Positions 8,288-17,882 are shown, counted from the stretch's first letter. The stretch is DNA of 64,000 nucleotides from an uncultured Clostridia bacterium (GCA_934167755.1 CAKPLT010000006.1:14189-78188); one strand, 5' to 3'. The notes: generated from the letters alone by a model not told the origin. Made by a program: numbers and translations.

Positions 8288-9821
8288 TTATAAACAGTTA
8301 TTAAACTTATCCAAACATCTATATTGAATTGCTTCTGCAATATGTTTAAATTCAATATTTTTGTTTTCTTCTAAATCTGCAATTGTTCTTGCAACCTTCA
8401 AAATTCTTTCATATGCTCTAACACTTAATTTAAATTTTTTGAACGCATTTTGTAACAGTTCTTCTCCCTTTTCATCTAATTTACAAAATTCTGCAATCAG
8501 TTTTGTACTAAGCTCTGCATTTGAATAAATTCCATATTTTTTATATCTATCTAATTGAATTTTCCTTGCATAATCAACTCTTTTTCGTATTTCAGATGAT
8601 TTTTCTATATCACCTTTTATATTAATTTTTTCAAATTTAGGTCTTTTTACTTCTATTTGAATATCTATTCTGTCTAATAATGGTCCACTTATTTTTCGCA
8701 AATATTTATGTATTTCTTGTGTTGTACATTTGCACTCTTTTTCATCATCTCCATAATATCCACAAGGACATGGATTCATACTTGCAACAAACATAAAATT
8801 ACATGGATATTTATAATTTCCGCTTAATCTGTTTATTATTACTTCTCTATTTTCTAAAGGTTCCCTTAAAGATTCTAAAATATTTCTATTAAATTCTGTT
8901 AATTCATCAAAAAATAATACACCACAATGTGCCAAACTTATTTCTCCTGGTTTTGGTACTTTTCCTCCTCCAATTATTGTACTTATTGGAATTGTATGAT
9001 GTGGCATTCTAAATGGTCTATTTAATATTAAACCATCTTTTTTTAGTTCACCTGAAATACTATGAATTTTAGTAATTTCCATTGATTCATCTATTGTTAA
9101 TTTAGGTAAAATTGTTACAAGTCTTTTAGCCATCATTGTTTTACCAGAACCAGGACTTCCTATCATAAGACAGTTGTGTCCTCCTGCTGCAGTAATTTCT
9201 AAAGCTCTTTTTACATTTTCTTGACCTTTAACCTCTGAAAAATCAATATTATATTCTTGTTCAAAATCTACTTTTTTGGGTTTAAATTTAGGAATTTCGT
9301 TTTCCTGATTCAAATATTTAATAACTTCTGTTATTGTAGAAACTGGTATAATATCAAGTTCAGAAATTACTCCTGCTTCATTTGCATTAGCTTGGGGCAA
9401 TATCACAGTTTTTATTCCAAGTTCCTTTGCTTCGATACACATTGGTAAAACTCCATTTGTTCTATTTATTTTTCCATCCAAAGATAATTCTCCTATAAAA
9501 ATTGTACTTGGCATTTTTCCTATATTAATTCGTGAAATACACCCAATTGCAATTAATATACCGTACTGCCATTGCTAAATCAAAGCTACTCCCTTCTTTT
9601 CTAATATTTGCAGGTGCTAAATTAATTAAAATTTTCTTATTTGGAAATTCTATTCCAGAATTTTTTATACCTGCTTTTATTCTTTTCTTAGCTTCTTTTA
9701 CTGTTGCATCTGGCAATCCTACTATCTCGAATTCAGGAATACCATTACTTATATCTGTTTGTATTTCTACTAAATTTCCATCTAGCCCATTTAAGACTAT
9801 CGACTTTATTTTTGATAACAT
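8288..9821 (-). pseudogene. comM: ComM/YifB Mg-chelatase-like AAA+ protein, split by a 1-nt frameshift
   Basis: ORF 9525..9821 is the N-terminal Lon-like domain (...GSSFDLAMAV). ORF 8288..9514 carries the AAA+ core (GSPGSGKTMMAKR) and the C-terminal part. In the second frame the sequence continues GILIAIGCISRINIGKMPSTIFIGELSLDG, which is the expected uninterrupted protein. The frames differ by 1 nt. Confidence 0.8.
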
Positions 9822-9913
9822 ATTTTACCTCCTAAAATTTTAGTTTTTTATTGATTTTTATAACTGTTTATTATAAAATGTATCTAGATTTTTAACAAAA
9901 GAATGGTGATAAT

Positions 9914-11830
9914 ATGAAAAAAAATAATAAAAAGAAAAAAATTATAAAACCAAAAAAGAAAATAGAAAAAAATAATATTAATGTTGCAAATAAAATTGCT
10001 CCATCAAGAATAATCTTTATTTTACTTATAGTTATATTTTTTATGATTGCTCTAATACTTCGTGTTGGATATTTACAATTTATTGATGGAAACCATTTGC
10101 AGACATTAGCAACTTCTCAACAGACATTAACTGAAACAATATCTGCAAAGCGTGGCAATATATATGATTCCAAAGGTAATGCCTTAGCAATTAGCTATGA
10201 TACAGATAAAATTTATGTTGAGCCATCTCTTATAAAAGAAGATGCCAACAAAAGCATTGTAGCACAAGGATTATCTTCTATTTTAGAATTAGATTCAAAT
10301 GAGCTACTTTCAAAAATAAACTCTTCAACAGGCAAAGTCCTTATTGCTTCTAATGTAGAGCAAAGTAAAATAGATGAAATAACTAATTGGAAAAGCAATT
10401 TAAAATTTTCTACTGGTATTAGTTTTGAAGAATCAACATCACGATCATATCCTTCTAAGACTTTAGCTTCAACAATTCTTGGTTTTGTTGGGACAGATAA
10501 TCAAGGATTGGCTGGAATCGAGTCCTCTTGGGATTCTTTTCTTAGAGGAACTGCTGGCAAATCTGTAAGTTTGAAAGATGCAAATCAATCTGAAATTGCA
10601 AATTCAAATCAAACATATATTGCAGCAGAAAATGGTTATAACATTACTTTAACAATAGATTCTAATATTCAAAGTATTGTTGAAAAACATCTAGCACAAG
10701 CTGTTGAAGAATATAAATGTCAAAGTGGTATTACAATAGCAATGGATCCATCAACTGGAAAAATTTTAGCTATGGCAGACTATCCAAATTATGATTGTAA
10801 CTCTCCGTATTCTCCAAACTCATATTTATCCAAAACATGGGATACTCTTTCATCAGAAGATAAAAATAGTGCATTATATAGAATGTGGACTCCAAAATCT
10901 GTTACTGATACTTATGAGCCTGGTTCTGTTTTTAAAATTATTACTTCTTCAATTGCTTTAGAAGAAAATATTGTAGACACAGACACAACAACTTTTAATT
11001 GTACTGGTTCTATATCTATCCCTGGCGAAGTTAGACCAATTCAGTGTCACAAGTATCCTTATTCTCATGGGGTTCAAAGCTTAAGACAAGCATTAGAAAA
11101 TTCTTGTAATCCTGCATTTGTAGATTTAGGATTACGAATTGGTAAAGAACGCTCTTACAAATATTATGAAGCATTAAATTTTTTTGGAAAAACTGGAATT
11201 TCACTTTCAGGTGAACCTAAAAATGGTGGAATATTTTATGATATAAACAAAATTAAACCTCATGAACTTGGAACAATGTCTTTTGGACAGCGTTTTACAA
11301 TTACACCTATTCAAATGATTACAGCTGCTGCTTGTATAGCTAATGATGGTGTTTTACTACAACCACAAATAGTAGATCATATTACAAATACTGATACTGG
11401 TGAAATCACAACTTTTGATGCTCAAGAAGTTAGGCAAGTATTTTCTAAAGAAACTTCTGACAAGGTTGCTTCAATGATGGAATCTGTTGTAGAAAGCGGC
11501 ACTGGAAAAAAAGTAAAATATGATGATAGTATTAAAGATAATATGTCTGGATATTCTATTGGAGGAAAAACAGGAACTTCTGAACCGATAAATGGTTCTA
11601 CTGACGGATATATTGCTTCATTTTTAGCAATTTCTCCTGTTGAAAATACAAAAATAGTTTTACTTGTTATTTTAGATACTCCTGGTGAAGGGGTAAACCA
11701 TAATGGTGGGCAAATTGCTGCCCCTACCGCCGGAAAGATGCTTTCTGAAATTTTACCTTATATGGGCATTGAAACAGGAAATAAAGACTCTGAAAATAAC
11801 GGAAATATATCAGAAAAAGATTTATATTAA
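9914..11830 (+). CDS. Class B penicillin-binding protein (FtsI/SpoVD/PBP2B family transpeptidase)
   Basis: N-terminal TM segment, PBP dimerisation region, and transpeptidase motifs (SVFK, SCN, KTGT). I saw no PASTA domain at the C-terminus. Confidence 0.85.
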   Translation: MKKNNKKKKIIKPKKKIEKNNINVANKIAPSRIIFILLIVIFFMIALILRVGYLQFIDGNHLQTLATSQQTLTETISAKRGNIYDSKGNALAISYDTDKIYVEPSLIKEDANKSIVAQGLSSILELDSNELLSKINSSTGKVLIASNVEQSKIDEITNWKSNLKFSTGISFEESTSRSYPSKTLASTILGFVGTDNQGLAGIESSWDSFLRGTAGKSVSLKDANQSEIANSNQTYIAAENGYNITLTIDSNIQSIVEKHLAQAVEEYKCQSGITIAMDPSTGKILAMADYPNYDCNSPYSPNSYLSKTWDTLSSEDKNSALYRMWTPKSVTDTYEPGSVFKIITSSIALEENIVDTDTTTFNCTGSISIPGEVRPIQCHKYPYSHGVQSLRQALENSCNPAFVDLGLRIGKERSYKYYEALNFFGKTGISLSGEPKNGGIFYDINKIKPHELGTMSFGQRFTITPIQMITAAACIANDGVLLQPQIVDHITNTDTGEITTFDAQEVRQVFSKETSDKVASMMESVVESGTGKKVKYDDSIKDNMSGYSIGGKTGTSEPINGSTDGYIASFLAISPVENTKIVLLVILDTPGEGVNHNGGQIAAPTAGKMLSEILPYMGIETGNKDSENNGNISEKDLY

Positions 11831-11876
11831 AATTTTATGATTTGAGATACACCTTAGATGGTGTACCTCTTTATTT

Positions 11877-12128
11877 TTAGTTCTTTTTCTTATATTCTTC
11901 TAAAGCTATTGCTACTTGATCTGGACAAGATGTACCCCTTGCACCACATGGTATTCCTTTTAGCATTCCTATTACTTCATCTACAGTTTTTCCAACTACA
12001 AGTCTTGAAACTCCTATAGTATTTCCTGGACAACCTCCAACAATTTTTAAACTTTTTATTATATTATTATCAATTTGAAAGATCATCTGCATTGAACAAA
12101 CACCTTTAGGTGTATATATATATTCCAT
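11877..12128 (-). CDS. TSCPD-domain small protein
   Basis: Contains the GTSCPDQ motif, about 83 aa. ATG 12128 lies 8 nt after AAGGAG. Confidence 0.7.
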   Translation of the reverse strand: MEYIYTPKGVCSMQMIFQIDNNIIKSLKIVGGCPGNTIGVSRLVVGKTVDEVIGMLKGIPCGARGTSCPDQVAIALEEYKKKN

Positions 12129-12188
12129 TTTCTTCACTCCTTTATATAATTTTCTTAATTATACTAAAGTTTGTCGAAAAAATCAATA

Positions 12189-12749
12189 TTATATCTTTTC
12201 CATTTTTCCATTCATTTTTATTCCTACCATTAATACATAGTCATCTTCTTTATCGAAATATTTTTCTAATTGTTCTAATTGGTTTTGTTTATTCTTTTCT
12301 TCTTCAATATATTTTTTTATTTCTATAAAATTTACTTCTGAACCAGATTCTAATATATGTGTTCTATTATTTTCAATTGTTAAAAATAAACTTTTTTTGT
12401 ATTTTGTTTTATCTAATTCAGTAATTAATACCTTATTTATAGCACTTTCTATATTGTTATTTTTTAACATCTCTTCTTCATATATTGAACACCAATAGCA
12501 AAATATAGATTCTTTTATTCTATTATTTTTTATCATTTTTAAATACATTTCTACTTCTTCATTATCTTCTAAAGTTATTTTGCCTTTTACTAATTCAAAT
12601 TCATATTCTGATGCATTTGGTAATTTTAAGTTTTTGTCATATTTTATTTTCTTGATTCTTAATCCTAAAAGTTGATTTAGAATTTCTCTTAATATTTCTT
12701 TATCTTCGTTATTAATTAATTCTTTTAATTTTGATACTCTATTTTCTAT
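12189..12749 (-). CDS. Short Rpn/YhgA-like (PD-(D/E)XK putative transposase-family) protein; tentative
   Basis: The track ORF is 12189..12548, but the frame stays open upstream to 12749. The layout ILREILNQLLGL...EFELVKGKI...EEVEMYLKM...ESIFCYWCSIYEEE resembles Rpn-family proteins. The only start candidate with an RBS is ATA 12749, with GGAGG 7 nt upstream. Confidence 0.35.
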   Translation of the reverse strand: MENRVSKLKELINNEDKEILREILNQLLGLRIKKIKYDKNLKLPNASEYEFELVKGKITLEDNEEVEMYLKMIKNNRIKESIFCYWCSIYEEEMLKNNNIESAINKVLITELDKTKYKKSLFLTIENNRTHILESGSEVNFIEIKKYIEEEKNKQNQLEQLEKYFDKEDDYVLMVGIKMNGKMEKI

Positions 12750-13077
12750 AATAATTCCTCCTTCATTTTGACCTCAATAAATAAAACTATAGTAAAAATA
12801 GTTAATTATTATTTTATTTGAATTTGATTTTTATTAATAAGATTATAAGTTATAACTTTTTGATAAAATGTAACTGATTTAAATTTCACTGAAAAAATTT
12901 ATGTTACTAAAATTATATAATTTGTTATGATTATATTTTCTTTTTTATATTTTGTCAATACTTTTCAGATATTTTATCGAACTTTTTTTCGACGAAATTC
13001 GACATTTAAAATCTATTTATATTATATATTTTGTTTTTTATAAATTGAACAAGAACCGTTTTGACGGTTCTTGTTCT

Positions 13078-13833
13078 TTATTTATTCGGAATATAATATC
13101 CTACTCCTCTTTTTGTTATCAAAATTTGAGGATTTGATGTATCTTTTTCAATTCTTTCTCTAATTCTTCTAACAGTTACATCAACAGTACGAATATCACC
13201 ATAATATTCATATCCCCACACTCTTTCAAGTAAAGCTTCTCTTGTTACTACCTGTCCTGGTTGTTGTGCTAAAAATTTTAATACTTCAAATTCTCTTAAT
13301 GTTAAATTTATCACTTTTCCATCTATATGAACTTCATATTTTTCTAAGTCTAATACAAGTGACCCTACTTTTATAGTACTTTCTTTTTTCTGTTCTTTCT
13401 TTTCTTCTTTTTGTGCAGCAACCTGTTCTTCTATGTTTGCCTCTACTTTTCTTAGATTTGCTTTTACTCTTGCAACTACTTCTCTTACACTAAATGGCTT
13501 TGTAATATAATCATCAGCCCCAAGTTCAAGTCCTACTATTTTATCTAATTCTGCATCTTTAGCAGATACCATCAATATAGGAACATTATATATATTTTTT
13601 ATTTTTTTACATACAGAAAGTCCATCAACTCTAGGAAGCATTACATCTAATAAAATTAAATCTGGTCTCTGTTCAATAGCCATATTTATTGCTGTTTGCC
13701 CATCATTTGCTTCTATAGTGTTATATCCTTCTCTTCTTAAGTTATGTACTAATAAATCTACTATTTTTTGTTCATCATCAACTATTAATATAGTCTTTTT
13801 TTCATAATCATAATTATTTTCCATGTTCGACAT
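13078..13833 (-). CDS. OmpR/PhoB-family response regulator (receiver plus winged-helix); no cognate kinase nearby
   Basis: ILIVDDE...DLILLDVMLP...LMVSAK...KPF receiver motifs and a C-terminal LTLREFEVLKFLAQ...R...G.GY trans_reg_C domain. Confidence 0.9.
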   Translation of the reverse strand: MSNMENNYDYEKKTILIVDDEQKIVDLLVHNLRREGYNTIEANDGQTAINMAIEQRPDLILLDVMLPRVDGLSVCKKIKNIYNVPILMVSAKDAELDKIVGLELGADDYITKPFSVREVVARVKANLRKVEANIEEQVAAQKEEKKEQKKESTIKVGSLVLDLEKYEVHIDGKVINLTLREFEVLKFLAQQPGQVVTREALLERVWGYEYYGDIRTVDVTVRRIRERIEKDTSNPQILITKRGVGYYIPNK

Positions 13834-14068
13834 TCCCTCCTAAAGGTTCTTTTATTTTTAATTTCTGACCTTCGGTTTATGTTTATATTTATATCACAAT
13901 TTTTAGTAAGTTACAAGGCTTTTTTTGAATTTCTATTAATTTTCGTTATTCGGTTTTTTAGTTAATTTTTTTCGTAATTCATTGAAATATAAGATTTGAA
14001 TGAAATTTCAAATATGCACAGAGGATTACAATGAAAAACTTATATTTCAATGGATTATGATATAAATT

Positions 14069-15316
14069 TTAAAGCACTGATAAAGCTTTTAAAATTCCAA
14101 GCTTTCCATATTCATATGTAAGTCCACCTTGCATATATGCAATATAAGGTTCACGAATTGGGCCATCACAACTAAGTTCTATTGTTGAGCCTTCTGTAAA
14201 TGTACCAGCTGCCATTATTACTTGATCATCATATCCAGCCATTCCACTAGGCTCTGGAATAACATTACTATCTATAGGTGATCCCATTTGGATACCTTGA
14301 CAAAATTTTATTAATTTTTCAGCCTCTCCAAGTTCTATTGTCTGAACTATATCAGCTCTTGTTTCATCATATTTAGGATTTACATTATATCCAAGTTTTT
14401 CTAATATTCTACTTGCGAATATTGCTGTCTTAACAGCACTTGCTACAACACTTGGTGCAAAAAACAAACCTTTTATAAATGCTGTATTTTGATTCAATGA
14501 TGGTCCTATTTCTTTTCCAACTCCAGGTGCAGTTAATCTTTCAGCACATAATTCTATTAAATCTTTTTTTCCCGCGATATATGCCCCACTTGTTGCAATT
14601 CCTGCACCTAAGTTTTTCATTAATGACCCAACAACAATATCAGCTCCAACATCAGTAGGTTCTTTTTCTTCAACAAATTCTCCATAGCAATTGTCAACCA
14701 TAATAATTACATCTTTATTGATTTCTCTAATTGCTTTTATTGCCTTTTCAATTTTATCAATTGTTAAACTTTTTCTTGTTGAATATCCTTTTGATCTTTG
14801 AATTTCAACTAATTTAATATCATTTTTTGATACTCTTTCTTTTATTTTTTCAATATTAAAGTCATCATTTATTAATTCAATTTGTTCGTATTTAACACCA
14901 AATTCTTTTAAAGAACTCTTACTTTGCTCTTTGCTTATACCAATGATTGTTTGTAATGTGTCATAAGGTGAACCTGATATACTTAGCATTGTATCACCTG
15001 GGCGTAATATTCCAAACAATGTTACTGCTAATGCATGTGTTCCTGATATTAATTGGCTTCTTACTAATGCATCTTCTGTATTAAAAATTTTTGCATAAAT
15101 TTCTTCTATTTTATTTCTTCCAGCTTCATCAATCCCATATCCTGTTGATGAATGTAAATGCATTTCTGACAATCCACATTTTTGAAATGTATTTAATACT
15201 TTTAGACTATTTAGTTCCTTTATTTCTTCTACTTTTTCAAATTGTATTTGAACTTCTTTTTCAACTTCTTTTGATAATTCTAATATTTCTTTTTTTATTC
15301 CAAATTGCTCGTACAT
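14069..15316 (-). CDS. PLP-dependent Cys/Met-metabolism family protein (aluminium-resistance / YnbB-like)
   Basis: 415 aa. SSTGYGIDEAGR, SGTHA and MKNLGAG resemble the YnbB / aluminium-resistance family. Confidence 0.75.
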   Translation of the reverse strand: MYEQFGIKKEILELSKEVEKEVQIQFEKVEEIKELNSLKVLNTFQKCGLSEMHLHSSTGYGIDEAGRNKIEEIYAKIFNTEDALVRSQLISGTHALAVTLFGILRPGDTMLSISGSPYDTLQTIIGISKEQSKSSLKEFGVKYEQIELINDDFNIEKIKERVSKNDIKLVEIQRSKGYSTRKSLTIDKIEKAIKAIREINKDVIIMVDNCYGEFVEEKEPTDVGADIVVGSLMKNLGAGIATSGAYIAGKKDLIELCAERLTAPGVGKEIGPSLNQNTAFIKGLFFAPSVVASAVKTAIFASRILEKLGYNVNPKYDETRADIVQTIELGEAEKLIKFCQGIQMGSPIDSNVIPEPSGMAGYDDQVIMAAGTFTEGSTIELSCDGPIREPYIAYMQGGLTYEYGKLGILKALSVL

Positions 15317-15386
15317 ACTTTTTCTCCTTTTTACAATCTGCTTATATTATAGCACTTTTTAAAGAAAAAGCAAGAATACAATTTAT

Positions 15387-16121
15387 CTATCCAGTCTTAC
15401 TCATAATATCTTTTTTCATTTTATTAATAATTTTCTTTTCAAGTCTAGAAATATAGCTCTGTGAAATTCCTAATTCATCAGCTACCTCTTTTTGAGTTTT
15501 TTCTTTTCCACTAATAAATCCAAACCTCATTTCCATTATATTTTTTTCTCTATCATTTAATTTTTTTATAGCCTCTTTTAAAAGCTTCATATCAACTTCA
15601 TCTTCTAACTTTCTATATGTAATATCTGGGTCTGTACCTAAAATATCTGATAATAGTAATTCATTTCCATCACTATCTTTATTTAACGGCTCATCAATTG
15701 AAACTTCTGATTTTATTTTATTATTTCTTCTTAAATACATTAAGATTTCATTTTCAATACATCTAGATGCATATGTTGCAAGCTTTATTTTCTTTTCTAC
15801 ATTAAATGTATTTACTCCTTTCATTAACCCTATTGTACCTATAGAAATTAAGTCTTCTATTCCAATACCAGTATTCTCAAACTTTTTAGCAATATAAACA
15901 ACCAACCTCAAATTTCTTTCAACAAGTATTTTTCGTGCTTCTACATTTTCATCTGTATCTAATTTTTTTATTGTTTCCTCCTCTTCTTCTGGTGTAAGTG
16001 GAGGTGGTAATGTTTGACTTCCCGCTACATAAAATATTGGCAAAATTTCTTCAATGTTTCCATCTATATATTTTGCACAAATAGAGTCAATACTTTTTTT
16101 TATAAATTCTATTATTTTCAT
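15387..16121 (-). CDS. sigE: Sporulation sigma factor SigE (pro-sigma-E)
   Basis: [72 protein letters not shown] and [12 protein letters not shown] are near-identical in pattern to Bacillus pro-sigma-E. Confidence 0.9.
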   Translation of the reverse strand: MKIIEFIKKSIDSICAKYIDGNIEEILPIFYVAGSQTLPPPLTPEEEEETIKKLDTDENVEARKILVERNLRLVVYIAKKFENTGIGIEDLISIGTIGLMKGVNTFNVEKKIKLATYASRCIENEILMYLRRNNKIKSEVSIDEPLNKDSDGNELLLSDILGTDPDITYRKLEDEVDMKLLKEAIKKLNDREKNIMEMRFGFISGKEKTQKEVADELGISQSYISRLEKKIINKMKKDIMSKTG

Positions 16122-16247
16122 AGTTTATCACATTCCTTGCATATATTTAGATTTCAGGCAAATCTATAAAGCCGTACTTCATCACCTCTTTTCGTGATTT
16201 TTATTGTACAACTTTTTACTTGCAAAGGCTGTCTTTTTCTATTGTAG

Positions 16248-16283
16248 AAAAAAAGAAATAATCGCTAATTTGCGATTATTTCT
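16248..16283 (-). terminator. Rho-independent terminator directly after the HNH gene, upstream of sigE
   Basis: 12-bp stem AGAAATAATCGC/GCGATTATTTCT (16254-16265 and 16272-16283), followed on the minus strand by 7 T. Confidence 0.75.
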
Positions 16284-16292
16284 ACTTGTTTT

Positions 16293-16952
16293 TTACAAAA
16301 TTATTTCTACATTATCAAGTTGAATCACAGGTAATTTCTTTATTCCTGTATTTTTAGCATACATTACAGCAAGGAAACCATCTAATACAAAGCCATTTCT
16401 ATCAATGATAATAGGTTTCTGAAAATGATGATATGTTTCATAATATTTTACAATTTTCTGGTATTTTTTGCTTTTATAATTTTCGTCTAAATCGAATATT
16501 ACAATCAGACTAGATATTTCTTCTTCTCCCAACCATTCTTGTGGGATATCAAATTCTATCCATTCTCTTATATAGTCCTGATACTTCTTTATTTTCTTTC
16601 TGAATACATCTACTTCTCCTTTTTCTTTAGCCTTCAAAAATGCCTTATATTGACTTGTATTTAAATTTCCTTTTTCATTATTGCACTTTTTACAACTTGG
16701 TAGCATATTATTAGTAATAGTTGGTCCTCCAAATTCCTGTGGGTACATATGATCTATTGTTACTTCATCTTTTCCAATTTTCTCTCTGCAATAGCAACAC
16801 CGGTGTTTTCCTTTAATTTGGTAAGTTAATTCAGTCATTACCTTCCGAAATGATAAGTCTCTACTAATTTTAAGCACGCCATCTTCAATAAATGCACCTT
16901 TAGAATTATTTTGTCCTTCCATAAAAAATTTTCTTGGTAACTCAATAATCAT
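16293..16952 (-). CDS. HNH endonuclease with a C-terminal degenerate ParB/Srx-like domain
   Basis: HNH zinc-finger pattern CCYC-x11-DH-x15-N-x5-CKKCNNEK. The C-terminal IIIDRNGFVLDGFLAVMYAKNTGIKKLPV resembles a ParB N-terminal domain in which DGHHR has become DGFLA. Confidence 0.7.
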   Translation of the reverse strand: MIIELPRKFFMEGQNNSKGAFIEDGVLKISRDLSFRKVMTELTYQIKGKHRCCYCREKIGKDEVTIDHMYPQEFGGPTITNNMLPSCKKCNNEKGNLNTSQYKAFLKAKEKGEVDVFRKKIKKYQDYIREWIEFDIPQEWLGEEEISSLIVIFDLDENYKSKKYQKIVKYYETYHHFQKPIIIDRNGFVLDGFLAVMYAKNTGIKKLPVIQLDNVEIIL

Positions 16953-16994
16953 TTTATTACCTCCTCTATATTTTTTTACATTATATATGCTTTT

Positions 16995-17882
16995 TTAAAT
17001 TAAATCAAGACCCACTAAAGCACGATATTCTCCCCTTTTAGTTAAAGATTTATCATATATCCCTATTATCACATTTTTAGTAATTTTTTTATCCTCTTCA
17101 TTTTCAACTTCTATTTCATCAGCTTTAATTCCAAGTAACATTCCATTTGTTTTTCCCAAAGATGAAAATGGTATACATCTTAATTTTGATATATATTGAT
17201 TTTGTTGTTCTTCTGGAATTTTACTTAAATCCCCTCCAAGTATCATATCTAAATTATTTAACATTTCCTTTGGAAGAATGTCATATAATAAACTACTTTC
17301 TACTATAACTACTGGAGTATTTGTTATAGGTTCTTTAGCTAAATTTCCAGTGTCTATCATAGCCTTTGTATTTACCATCTGTCCATTAATTTTTATTCTA
17401 ATTTTGCAGTACATATTATTTGAATTAATTTTAGTCTTTATTATTTTTATAGAAATCTTAATTATAATAAATGCAACTATTGCACCTAAAAAAATAACTT
17501 TTAAAGCATAATCTCCAACGAACATCCCATTTCTTATTAAAGCATTTTGAGGTTTTATAACATAAATTAAATATAATGCCACTCCACCAAACACAAAAGA
17601 TGTTAAATAAAATATAAAAACTTGTTTTAATAATTTTTTTATTGACTGTGGATTAAACCCTACATATACAATTATAATTGATAAAATAGCCTTTGATATT
17701 ATTGATGTATATATCGGTAATTCTGTTACATATGTAATGATTGCATATATGCTCCCTATAGCACTTGCTATTATTATTCTTATTGTCTTTGGTTTTATTT
17801 TTAATATTATTCCAGTTGCATATAAGATTATTGCATTCATTACTAAATTTTCTAAAAATATTATATCTATGTATATAGTTAT
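16995..17882 (-). CDS. spoIIGA: Sporulation aspartic protease SpoIIGA (pro-sigma-E processing)
   Basis: Polytopic N-terminal half and a C-terminal half with AMIDTGNLAKEPITNTPVVIV (DSGN/DTGN active site). The conserved N-terminus (T)IYIDIIFLENLVMNAIILYATGIILK lies upstream of the first ATG (17840) and reaches an ATA at 17882, 7 nt after GGGTG. Confidence 0.85.
   Translation of the reverse strand: MTIYIDIIFLENLVMNAIILYATGIILKIKPKTIRIIIASAIGSIYAIITYVTELPIYTSIISKAILSIIIVYVGFNPQSIKKLLKQVFIFYLTSFVFGGVALYLIYVIKPQNALIRNGMFVGDYALKVIFLGAIVAFIIIKISIKIIKTKINSNNMYCKIRIKINGQMVNTKAMIDTGNLAKEPITNTPVVIVESSLLYDILPKEMLNNLDMILGGDLSKIPEEQQNQYISKLRCIPFSSLGKTNGMLLGIKADEIEVENEEDKKITKNVIIGIYDKSLTKRGEYRALVGLDLI

Noticed and set aside
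12189-12770. Rpn-like gene as evidence for a mobile element or genomic island
   Set aside because: There are no flanking inverted or direct repeats, and no integrase, transposase or tRNA nearby. The gene is short and possibly decayed. I treat it as an isolated remnant.
16150-16190. 11-codon mini-ORF (MKYGFIDLPEI) after GAGGTG in the sigE leader, as a possible leader peptide
   Set aside because: The ATG directly abuts the SD-like sequence with no spacing, and nothing suggests attenuation.
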